Positions 49,743 through 58,062 of a stretch of DNA of 64,000 nucleotides are shown here, piece by piece (position 1 is the stretch's first letter; every line of letters begins with the position of its first letter). The position numbers and the translations under genes were made by a program. Source of the DNA: a virus. Where the stretch lies: positions 23,777 through 87,776 of the IMG/VR virus record IMGVR_UViG_3300008267_000014; one strand, written 5' to 3'. A model generated the notes under the pieces. That model did no database searches. It saw nothing but the letters and a program-made list of their open reading frames with translations, and was not told the origin of the DNA.

Positions 49743-50084
49743 ATGGAAATTATAGTTTGGTTTATAGTAAGTTACGGGTTAATGAATATTATGGTTTATG
49801 GGTCAATATTCCAAGGACTTCGTAATAGTTTTAAAAAATGGGGCGAAGGTAATCATCCATTAAATTTTTTAGGTGAATTTATATCAGGTATATTAACTTG
49901 TCCGATGTGTTTTAGTTTTCACGGAGGTTGGTTTTTATCGTTAGTTTTATTTTCACCTATTAATCATTTGTTTCATACTCCGTTATGGTATAGTTGGTTT
50001 TTTGATGCCATTTTATCATCAGGTGCAGTATGGGCAATCAATTCAATAATTGAGTGGTTTGAAGAAAATCGACCTATCAAATGA
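49743..50084 (+). CDS. Small membrane protein, DUF1360-like
   Basis: Three hydrophobic segments; GSIF..LR and ILTCPMC motifs. Confidence 0.65.
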   Translation: MEIIVWFIVSYGLMNIMVYGSIFQGLRNSFKKWGEGNHPLNFLGEFISGILTCPMCFSFHGGWFLSLVLFSPINHLFHTPLWYSWFFDAILSSGAVWAINSIIEWFEENRPIK

Positions 50085-50116
50085 TTTGAGAATATTAAAA
50101 TTTAATGTTATAATTT
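50085..50116 (+). promoter_or_regulatory. Putative early/middle promoter
   Basis: TTGAGA (50086)-N17-TATAAT (50109) with an extended TG; also TTTG-N20-TATAATTT. Confidence 0.6.
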
Positions 50117-50134
50117 AATAATTGATATACAACT

Positions 50135-50314
50135 ATGGGAAAAAGAGATAAAGAACATCGCAAAAAAGTTCAAAAAAGAAATGAACGGCTTCTTAATGAA
50201 CAAAAACTAATGGAAAAACAGTATAAAGAAATGCTAGAACAAAGATTAGCTTTGATTAAAGAACGATTAGCGTCAATGTCTGGTAATAGTGAAAACGACA
50301 TAACTATTGATTAA
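50135..50314 (+). CDS. Basic helical 59-aa protein (not in the ORF track)
   Basis: MGKRDKEHRKKVQKRNERLLNEQKLMEKQYKEMLEQRLALIKERLASMSGNSENDITID; sits behind a promoter and stops 1 nt before the Rad50 ATG. Confidence 0.7.
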   Translation: MGKRDKEHRKKVQKRNERLLNEQKLMEKQYKEMLEQRLALIKERLASMSGNSENDITID

Positions 50315-50315
50315 A

Positions 50316-52646
50316 ATGGAAGAAACTTTAGAGTTACAAAAATTAGATAATCCCTACATACAGGTTGTTTGGGAGGATTATGCGGAAAATTTCACACAGG
50401 AAAAAATTAAAAGTGTTAAACATTATTTCCAAAAGAAATATAATACGACACATATTAATATTATTACTAAATCTAAATCGGTTGATGAGGTTAATCATAA
50501 TGTTGATATCTCATTCAATATTTTAGATACTAATTACCAATTAGAATTAATTAAAGGGTTTTTAAAATCTAAAAATAATGAAAACTTATTTGATAAGATA
50601 TATGACTTAGATACTCAAGTTAATAATAAAATGGTTTTATCTCAAAATGAGGTAACACCATTTAAAAAATGGTATATTAAAAATATCGAATTTTCTAATT
50701 TCTTATCATATGGTGAAAAACAAAAAATTGATTTTGAAAAATGTAATGGTATTTCGGTTGTTGAATCAAATCCCCCAAATTTTGGTGGGAAGTCGGTATT
50801 AACCGTTGATTTGTTATTATACTTATTTTTTAATGAGACAACAAAAACCACTAAAGCTGAAGAGATTTTTAATAGATTTACGGATAAAAATACGGTTTCT
50901 GTTAAAGGTGAAATAGTTATCGATGGTGATGAATATATTATTGAGAGAAACATTACTCGTAAATTATCTAAAAACGGTGAATGGAATGTTAAAACTGAAT
51001 TAGATTTTTTCAAAAAATTATCGGATGGTAGTTTACAAAACTTCACCGGTGAACAAAGACGTGAAACAGAATCGTTTATTAAAACATCCATCGGTACTAA
51101 GGATGATTTTTTAATGACTATATTAACGACAGCAACAAATCTCGAAGACTTAATTGATTCAAAACCTACGGCTCGTGGACAAGTATTATCTCGATTCATG
51201 GGTCTTGACTTTTTAAAGAAAAAAGAAGAGTCGGCTAAGGAATTATATAGTGAGTTTTCTAAATCGATGATTTCAAATGTTTATAACACCGAATCATTAA
51301 AAACTGATATTGAAACTTATAAAAATAATATTCAATTAATGACAGATGAAAATGTGAATTTACATAAAGATTTAATTGATATACAAGAGAGAATAATTAA
51401 AGGTCAAGAATATCGAGATAGTTTGATGCAAAGTAAACATACCGATATTGATAGGGAAATTAGTCAATTATCACCTGATAAAGTTTCTAATGAAGTACAG
51501 TTGTTAAAAAATCAAAGAAGTGGTGTTGAAAAACAATTAACCGAATTAAAGGTAGTTGAACCTAGTGAATTTTATCATGAAGACAAACACGATGAGGTTA
51601 AGAATGAGTATAACAAACAATACCAAGAATTAGTTAGAGTTCAAACTGAGATTAAGTCTATTGAGAAGCTACAATCATCGGTTAGTGGGGGTATTATATG
51701 TGAACATTGTGGTATTGATTTAATGAACGCTTCAATCACACAAGCAAAAATTAATGAACTTGCTGGATTTATTACGCAAAAAGACCAAATTGATGGGTTA
51801 ATGCGTGAATTATCCAACAAAGAAAAGGGTTTTGTCACACTTAAAAAAGAGTTTGATGAATATGAAAAGAACAAACTTATTAAGGAGAAATACGAATTAA
51901 GTATAGAATCTTTTGACCTTAAAATTAAAGGGTTGAATGAAAAATTACAAAAGTATAATGAGTTACAGGATAAGATTTTAGCTAATGATAAAATAGAAAC
52001 TCAATTACTTAAAGCGGGTCAAAGAATTACCGAATTAGAGTCCGAAAAAAATACGGTAAACAGAAAAATTGATAATAACAAATATCAAATGGAGTCTTTG
52101 AACGAAAAGATAAAACATAATTTATCCCTCATCGAAAAAATTATTGAAGAATCGGGTAAAGAGAAAATATACAAACTTTATTTAGAAATTTACGGTAAGA
52201 ATGGAATCTCTAAAATAATAATGAAAACTATGTTACCTTTAATAAATTCTGAACTTCAAAGATTACTTGAAGATAGTTGTCATTTTAGGTTAGAAGTTAG
52301 AATTAATGATAAGAATGAAGTTGATTTTATTATGATTGATAATAACACTCAAGTTGAAAAGAATATGGCGTCTGGGTCAGGATATGAAAGAAGTATTGCA
52401 TCCCTATCACTAAGGTCAGTTCTAAGTAAAATATGTTCATTACCAAAACCGAATATAGTGGTATTTGACGAAATTTTTGGTAAGGTATCTAACGATAATT
52501 TAGAGATGGTTTCAACATTTTTTGGTAAAATTAAAGAATATTTTGAAAAAATATTTGTTATCACTCATAATCCATTGGTTAGTACTTGGTCAGATAATGT
52601 TGTTAAAATTAAAAAGATAGATAATGTAAGTTATGTGACACAATAA
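50316..52646 (+). CDS. Rad50/SbcC/gp46-like SMC ATPase with a ~115-aa N-terminal extension
   Basis: IEFSNFLSYG; Walker A NFGGKS; zinc hook CEHC between coiled coils; signature SGSGYE; Walker B VVFDE; H-loop ITH. Confidence 0.92.
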   Translation: MEETLELQKLDNPYIQVVWEDYAENFTQEKIKSVKHYFQKKYNTTHINIITKSKSVDEVNHNVDISFNILDTNYQLELIKGFLKSKNNENLFDKIYDLDTQVNNKMVLSQNEVTPFKKWYIKNIEFSNFLSYGEKQKIDFEKCNGISVVESNPPNFGGKSVLTVDLLLYLFFNETTKTTKAEEIFNRFTDKNTVSVKGEIVIDGDEYIIERNITRKLSKNGEWNVKTELDFFKKLSDGSLQNFTGEQRRETESFIKTSIGTKDDFLMTILTTATNLEDLIDSKPTARGQVLSRFMGLDFLKKKEESAKELYSEFSKSMISNVYNTESLKTDIETYKNNIQLMTDENVNLHKDLIDIQERIIKGQEYRDSLMQSKHTDIDREISQLSPDKVSNEVQLLKNQRSGVEKQLTELKVVEPSEFYHEDKHDEVKNEYNKQYQELVRVQTEIKSIEKLQSSVSGGIICEHCGIDLMNASITQAKINELAGFITQKDQIDGLMRELSNKEKGFVTLKKEFDEYEKNKLIKEKYELSIESFDLKIKGLNEKLQKYNELQDKILANDKIETQLLKAGQRITELESEKNTVNRKIDNNKYQMESLNEKIKHNLSLIEKIIEESGKEKIYKLYLEIYGKNGISKIIMKTMLPLINSELQRLLEDSCHFRLEVRINDKNEVDFIMIDNNTQVEKNMASGSGYERSIASLSLRSVLSKICSLPKPNIVVFDEIFGKVSNDNLEMVSTFFGKIKEYFEKIFVITHNPLVSTWSDNVVKIKKIDNVSYVTQ

Positions 52647-52681
52647 TTTGGTAGGTAATAAAAAAATAGGTATATTTGTAT
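52645..52681 (+). promoter_or_regulatory. Bacteroidota-type primary-sigma promoter, repeat copy 1
   Basis: TTTG (52647-50)-N20-TATATTTG (52671-78) matches the Bacteroides/Flavobacterium -33/-7 consensus. Confidence 0.85.
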
Positions 52682-52706
52682 CTGAAATCTATTAAAATAA
52701 ACTAAT

Positions 52707-52943
52707 ATGAATACACAAATTGTATTAATCAGTGTTGAACATAATAATGCGAGAAAAGTATGTGAAAAAATTCAAAATGGGACTTATCCTACATTTAGTC
52801 ATTTAAAAAAAAGTTTGAATGAAGAATTGGGTGGGTTAGATGAAGTCATCGTTTTAACAATTAGTCAATTTATGGATGAAGTGAATGACCAAATAATGGA
52901 TAATTTATCCGATTATTTTATGACCTATGTTAAGATAGGTTAA
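52707..52943 (+). CDS. Hypothetical protein (78 aa) flanked by duplicated promoters
   Basis: Clean ORF between the two promoter repeats. Confidence 0.7.
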   Translation: MNTQIVLISVEHNNARKVCEKIQNGTYPTFSHLKKSLNEELGGLDEVIVLTISQFMDEVNDQIMDNLSDYFMTYVKIG

Positions 52944-52947
52944 AATA

Positions 52948-52983
52948 AATTTGGTAGGTAATAAAAAATAGGTATATTTGTAT
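52948..52983 (+). promoter_or_regulatory. Bacteroidota-type primary-sigma promoter, repeat copy 2
   Basis: TTTG (52950-53)-N19-TATATTTG (52973-80); identical to copy 1 except for one A in the run. Confidence 0.85.
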
Positions 52984-52996
52984 AAAATTTAATATT

Positions 52997-53566
52997 ATGG
53001 AAACTAAAAAAAATAAGTACATTTTATTTTTATTCGACAAACATGAAAAACAAGATGAGTTTGTGTCTGAAATTGCTCAAGAAATATCAATTTTAACTGA
53101 TGATACTAATATATCTTTTTATTACGGTCCTGAGGCTTCAGTTTATACATTTTCGTCTGTTGATGATTTACCTACGGTCACTGAATTTGTTGAAATAATT
53201 TTAAGTATTTTTAACGCCACCTATTTTTTATTACCTTATACCAATGACAATCTGTCATTCGGACTTGAGAAAGATGTTGCTGAACATTTGTTTGGAGACT
53301 CAAAACCTGATAAAATGACCGAATTTGATAATGAAATCAAAAATTTGAATGATTTTGGTAATATTATGCCGAATTTTAATTCTGAAATGATGGAAATGTT
53401 TGGTGAGGAAGAAGACGAGATTAAAAAAATTATTAGAATGAATAATAAAAAATCGTTACAGCCTAGTATGGACGAAATCCTTGAAAAAATTTCTGATAAA
53501 GGATATAGTTCATTAACAAAAAAAGAGTTAGATTTGCTTAATCAATATTCAAAACAATTAAACTAA
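52997..53566 (+). CDS. Hypothetical protein with a C-terminal DUF6576-like helical hairpin
   Basis: DEILEKISDKGYSSLTKKELDLL resembles the D.ILDKI...Gy.SLT..EK..L tail of Bacteroidota rhomboid proteins. Confidence 0.6.
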   Translation: METKKNKYILFLFDKHEKQDEFVSEIAQEISILTDDTNISFYYGPEASVYTFSSVDDLPTVTEFVEIILSIFNATYFLLPYTNDNLSFGLEKDVAEHLFGDSKPDKMTEFDNEIKNLNDFGNIMPNFNSEMMEMFGEEEDEIKKIIRMNNKKSLQPSMDEILEKISDKGYSSLTKKELDLLNQYSKQLN

Positions 53567-53571
53567 TTTAT

Positions 53572-54372
53572 ATGAAAACTAAAAATACAGGTATGACAAT
53601 TAATCAAGACGAAATACAAGTTTACTTAAAAGACATTCGTAAAATAAAAGTAATGACCGCTAGTCGAGAAAAAGAATTATCAGAAATGATGTTATCATCG
53701 GATATAACTGATAGTAAAAAACTCGAAATACAAAAAGAACTTTTGGAAGGTAATCTACGTTTTGTTATTACAATTGCTAAACAATATCAGAATCAAGGGT
53801 TAAGTTTCTCAGATTTGATATCTGAAGGGAACTTAGGGTTATTGAAAGCAATTCAAAATTTTGATTGGTCTAAAAATTTAAGATTTATATCTTATGCGGT
53901 TTGGTGGGTTAAACAATCAATTTTACAATCGTTAAATGATAACGCTAGAACTATTAGATTACCGGTTAATGTTGTTCAAGATTTATATAAAGCTAAAAAA
54001 GAGGCTGATAATAAAGGGGGTACTTTAGATTCTAAATTCTTAAACTTACCGTCTATAATTGCTTTAGATATGAATATTAATGAAGATGGTGATACATTAA
54101 TAGATGTTATTAAAAATGATGGTGCTGATATGCCTGATGAGATTTTTAACACTAAAGATATGTTGAAAACAAAATTAATAGGTTTGTTAGATATCTTAGA
54201 TGAAAGAGAAAAAGCTATTATTCAGGACTATTTCGGTTTGACAGGTACGCAAAGAACGTTAGAAGACATTGGTAATGATTTTGGTTTAACCAAGGAGAGA
54301 GTACGACAAATTAAAGAACGTGCGTTGAGAGTCTTACGTAATAATTCATCAGAATTATTTGATTATTTATAA
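53572..54372 (+). CDS. Phage-encoded RpoD/RpoS-family sigma70 factor
   Basis: Region 1.2 YLKDI; region 2 NLRFVITIAKQYQNQGL...DLISEGNLGL...FISYAVWWVKQSI; region 4.2 TLEDIG..FGLTKERVRQIKE.AL. Confidence 0.95.
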   Translation: MKTKNTGMTINQDEIQVYLKDIRKIKVMTASREKELSEMMLSSDITDSKKLEIQKELLEGNLRFVITIAKQYQNQGLSFSDLISEGNLGLLKAIQNFDWSKNLRFISYAVWWVKQSILQSLNDNARTIRLPVNVVQDLYKAKKEADNKGGTLDSKFLNLPSIIALDMNINEDGDTLIDVIKNDGADMPDEIFNTKDMLKTKLIGLLDILDEREKAIIQDYFGLTGTQRTLEDIGNDFGLTKERVRQIKERALRVLRNNSSELFDYL

Positions 54373-54417
54373 TAAATTAGATAAGGTTAATATTTATTAA
54401 TTAAAATAAAAAATAAA

Positions 54418-54723
54418 ATGAAATCAGTACTAAATTATATCGACCAATGGGGTCTTAGAATTGTAACATTTTTAACTATTATTGTCTTTTTTAAGACATG
54501 TACTACCAATAGTCGAATTGATGTGTTAAATGATGAATTTGTTAAATCACATATGATTTTAAACACTAAAATAGATTCTCATAATGTTATTCTTAGGAAT
54601 GAAATTAAAATTGAAGGTTTGAAAAGTGAAAAAAGAATGATACAATCAACCGATAGAAAAATTTTAGATGTTAATAGACAATCTGAGATTGATAAAGAGT
54701 TAGAAATCTTAAATAAGAAATGA
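54418..54723 (+). CDS. Small N-anchored membrane/lipoprotein (spanin-like candidate)
   Basis: Hydrophobic segment ending FFKTC, followed by a helical domain; heads the amidase operon. Confidence 0.5.
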   Translation: MKSVLNYIDQWGLRIVTFLTIIVFFKTCTTNSRIDVLNDEFVKSHMILNTKIDSHNVILRNEIKIEGLKSEKRMIQSTDRKILDVNRQSEIDKELEILNKK

Positions 54724-55628
54724 ATAAAATAATTAGATGGGTAAAAAACAATCCAAATAGAACAATGTTCTTAATACCTATCATTTTAGTTGCGGGGATT
54801 TCAATTTCACATGTTGTTTCATGGTATAATTTAGCAAATCCAATTAGTTGGGCGATTTATTTATCAATCGCTATTGAAATTGGTGCTATGACAGCTTTAG
54901 TTGCTGCAACTAATAAAATAAAAGGTGGTGTTTGGATTATGTTCGGATTAATTACATTTATTCAAATGATAGGTAATATTTTCTTTTCATATAAGGAGAT
55001 TGATGTAAATGGAGACCTATTTAAATCATGGATGGAATTGACTTCACCTGTTTGGGAAGCGTTAGGTTCTAAAATAGACGATACAATCGCATTGAAAAGA
55101 TGGTTAGCATTTTTAGAAGGTGGGTTATTACCTATTATTTCATTAACGTCTTTACATTTTTTTGTTAATTATGATGACGGTAAAACCAACACTGATGATA
55201 AAGTAATCATAAATGAAGAAACTTTGGATGATGAACCTGAAGTTAAAAATGTTGTAAAGGAAAATGTTGAAACTTATAAGGAGAGTAAAAAAAAAATACT
55301 TAACAGTTCGTTAATTAACTTATTTCGTAATACTTCTTTGAGTAAAACCCTAAAAGAAGTTAATCGTGAAAATTTAGAACTATTAATTAACCCTAACCAA
55401 AATGATGAAACTATAACTACAGTTAGTAATGAAACTAATGAGAATAATAATAGATTCAATAACGATGAAATAATTAATAATCAAATAGATAATAATGGTG
55501 ATTATAAATTCGAAGTATTCCGTAATAATGAGATTGAAGAAGCTAATGTGGAAACAAATGTTGAAACTGAAAAAGTTGATTTAAATGATAATTTTATTAA
55601 AACTAAAAGATTGACTTATAAAAAATAA
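54720..55628 (+). CDS. Four-TM membrane protein with an acidic disordered tail (holin-like candidate)
   Basis: Four hydrophobic segments in the first 150 aa; adjacent to the amidase. Confidence 0.55.
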   Translation: MNKIIRWVKNNPNRTMFLIPIILVAGISISHVVSWYNLANPISWAIYLSIAIEIGAMTALVAATNKIKGGVWIMFGLITFIQMIGNIFFSYKEIDVNGDLFKSWMELTSPVWEALGSKIDDTIALKRWLAFLEGGLLPIISLTSLHFFVNYDDGKTNTDDKVIINEETLDDEPEVKNVVKENVETYKESKKKILNSSLINLFRNTSLSKTLKEVNRENLELLINPNQNDETITTVSNETNENNNRFNNDEIINNQIDNNGDYKFEVFRNNEIEEANVETNVETEKVDLNDNFIKTKRLTYKK

Positions 55629-55640
55629 TATTATTAGTTA

Positions 55641-56249
55641 ATGTTTATTATAATGGATAATATTATAAAATACGGGGAGTTTAAACCCAACGGAAAACAA
55701 AGGAAAAAGAAACAAATAATATTAACCCATACCTCAAGAGGTATTAATGATTATTTAGTGGGTTTAAAATATCGTCATAATGGTGAATATGATAGAATAC
55801 CTAACTATGTAATATCCAGAGAAGGTAAAATTTTAAAATTATTATCTAACGTTGAATATAGTAATTTTTTTAATGATAAAAATGTTAATCGTAATTCGAT
55901 TATAATCTCATTGGAAAATTTAGGTTGGTTACATAAAGAACCGTTAAAAGGGTATTATGTTAACTGGATTGGTGATATTTATAATGGAGTGGTTTGTGAG
56001 AAGAAATGGAGGGATTATTATTTTTGGCAACCCTACCTTGAATCTCAGATAAACGCAACAGTTGATTTATGTAAACATTTATTCAATGAAATGTCAATTA
56101 AATCAAATGTCGTTGGGCATAACACTAAAATAAATGGTATTGAAAAATATGAAGGGTTGGTAACAAGAAGTAATTACGATGTTGATTATACTGATGTTAG
56201 TCCGGCTTTTAATTTTGATGAATTTTTAAAAAAAATAGAAAATGAATAA
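55641..56249 (+). CDS. N-acetylmuramoyl-L-alanine amidase (Amidase_2-like); start may be 55653
   Basis: IILTHT, YVISREGKI, NRNSIIISLEN, Y..SQI.A...L, VVGH and TDVSPAF. Confidence 0.75.
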   Translation: MFIIMDNIIKYGEFKPNGKQRKKKQIILTHTSRGINDYLVGLKYRHNGEYDRIPNYVISREGKILKLLSNVEYSNFFNDKNVNRNSIIISLENLGWLHKEPLKGYYVNWIGDIYNGVVCEKKWRDYYFWQPYLESQINATVDLCKHLFNEMSIKSNVVGHNTKINGIEKYEGLVTRSNYDVDYTDVSPAFNFDEFLKKIENE

Positions 56250-56868
56250 TACACACGACGAAATAAAAAAACTACTAAAAGCATCTAAAAGTTTATTGGG
56301 TAATAAAAAACTAAATGAAGATGTTTTAAATATTAAAAGTAAATATGGTATCATTACTGAGGATGATGTTGAATCTGATAATATAACTAAAAAGTACGAT
56401 ATTGGTCAGGCAATTGAAGACGAAATCGAAGATGATGAATATGAAACAGCTGAAAAAGTTGACGATGAATCTGAAAGTAAAGACGATAAAAAACAAGCTT
56501 ATAGAATTTCCGGTGGTATTTTAGTATTACACGGTAAAGAACAAACAGATTTAGAGTTAACAACCGACGAAAAAATATCGTTCCAAGAAACAATGGAAGA
56601 ATTTGTTGAAGAAGTATCCGATATGGCGGATTTCAATAAATTAAATGTTTATCCAAAAAATGTTGAATGGTCAGGAAAAATAATTGATTTTGATATTGAT
56701 TTCTTTTTTTCAATCGGGGAAGAAAATGGGATTTATATTAATGGTAATATGATTAAAACTGACGAAAAATTCATTGAGATGGTTAATAAATTAAAAACTT
56801 ATTATGAAAAGTTTAAATCAAAATGGGCTAAAGTTTTAGCATCAAGAAAAAAAACTATTAAAGATTAA
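56242..56868 (+). CDS. Hypothetical acidic protein
   Basis: Clean ORF overlapping the amidase stop. Confidence 0.6.
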   Translation: MNNTHDEIKKLLKASKSLLGNKKLNEDVLNIKSKYGIITEDDVESDNITKKYDIGQAIEDEIEDDEYETAEKVDDESESKDDKKQAYRISGGILVLHGKEQTDLELTTDEKISFQETMEEFVEEVSDMADFNKLNVYPKNVEWSGKIIDFDIDFFFSIGEENGIYINGNMIKTDEKFIEMVNKLKTYYEKFKSKWAKVLASRKKTIKD

Positions 56869-57486
56869 ATGAAATTTAATTTAAATAAAATTGATTTTAA
56901 AACAATAACAATAATAATTCTTATTATTGTTATTTTGCTTTTAAGAATGTGTCAACCACATAATGATGATACCGGTAAACACATCAAAGTCGATGGGAAG
57001 ACATATCAAGTATTGAAACATACCGTTGACACAATATATGTCCCTGTAACTAAAACCGTATTTAAAAAGGGTGAAACTATTTTTAAAGAAAAAACTATAT
57101 ACGTCAATATACCTAATAAAATTGATACGTTAAGTATTATTAAAAATTATTATAGTCAGAATATCTATAAAGACACTTTAAAAATGGGAGATAGTTTAGG
57201 ATATGTTTCAATCGTTGATACTATTTTTAATAATAAGATAGAATCAAGGACTTGGGATTCACATATCAATAAAATGGTAATTAAAGAAACCACAATTGTT
57301 AAAGATTTACCTAAAATACGTCTTTATTTAGGAGGTAATATTTCAATTACCGATAAATATTTCATACATACATTGATACCGACCATTTTAATAAAAACTA
57401 AAAAAGAAAAAATATATTCAATAGGTGTTGGTATTGATACAAAACGAAATATTTATTATCAAGGTGGATTTTATTTAAAAATTTAA
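56869..57486 (+). CDS. Membrane-anchored/lipoprotein with C-terminal beta strands (spanin-like candidate)
   Basis: IIILIIVILLLRMC signal; VDTIY/IDTL/KDTL/VDTI repeats; ends YYQGGFYLKI. Confidence 0.55.
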   Translation: MKFNLNKIDFKTITIIILIIVILLLRMCQPHNDDTGKHIKVDGKTYQVLKHTVDTIYVPVTKTVFKKGETIFKEKTIYVNIPNKIDTLSIIKNYYSQNIYKDTLKMGDSLGYVSIVDTIFNNKIESRTWDSHINKMVIKETTIVKDLPKIRLYLGGNISITDKYFIHTLIPTILIKTKKEKIYSIGVGIDTKRNIYYQGGFYLKI

Positions 57487-57490
57487 TATT

Positions 57491-58018
57491 ATGTCAATAC
57501 AAACTCAAATAAAAGATAAATATAATCAAATGATGGCCGGAAATACGGATAGTAGTATGGAGAGCGTTATGGTTAATAATGAATTTACATCATCTTTAAG
57601 TGAAAATGATGGAGAATTAGAAGGTGAAAAAACTGAATCGACAGGAGCGTCAAGTGCCGGTGGATATAGTCAACCTTTATTTGGTGAAACTGAAGAAACA
57701 ACTAAAGTCGAAACTAAAGAGGCTACAGGAGCATCTTCATCAGGTTCATATGAAACAACTTCAGCATGGGCTAAATCTACAAGTAAAAAAGATTGGAAAG
57801 GTAAATCTAAAACACAAATACCTGGAGGTAAATTTGTCCAAGTAAAGGAAAAATGTAAAAAATTCCCGTACTGTAATCAAGGCGATATAAATGCTTTAAA
57901 AATATTCGAAAATGATTTATTAAAAAAAGTTATTACTAATGTTAGTAAAAAATTAAATATTAATGAATCGGTTATTAAGAATATAATAGCTTATGAGTAT
58001 AGAAACTTATTATCATAA
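57491..58018 (+). CDS. Hypothetical protein, probably head-associated
   Basis: Duplicated TE(S/A)TGASS.G.Y motif; KCKKFPYCNQG. Confidence 0.55.
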   Translation: MSIQTQIKDKYNQMMAGNTDSSMESVMVNNEFTSSLSENDGELEGEKTESTGASSAGGYSQPLFGETEETTKVETKEATGASSSGSYETTSAWAKSTSKKDWKGKSKTQIPGGKFVQVKEKCKKFPYCNQGDINALKIFENDLLKKVITNVSKKLNINESVIKNIIAYEYRNLLS

Positions 58019-58062
58019 TATAACAAATAAAAAAAAATAAATATTTATTAAGAAACAACATA

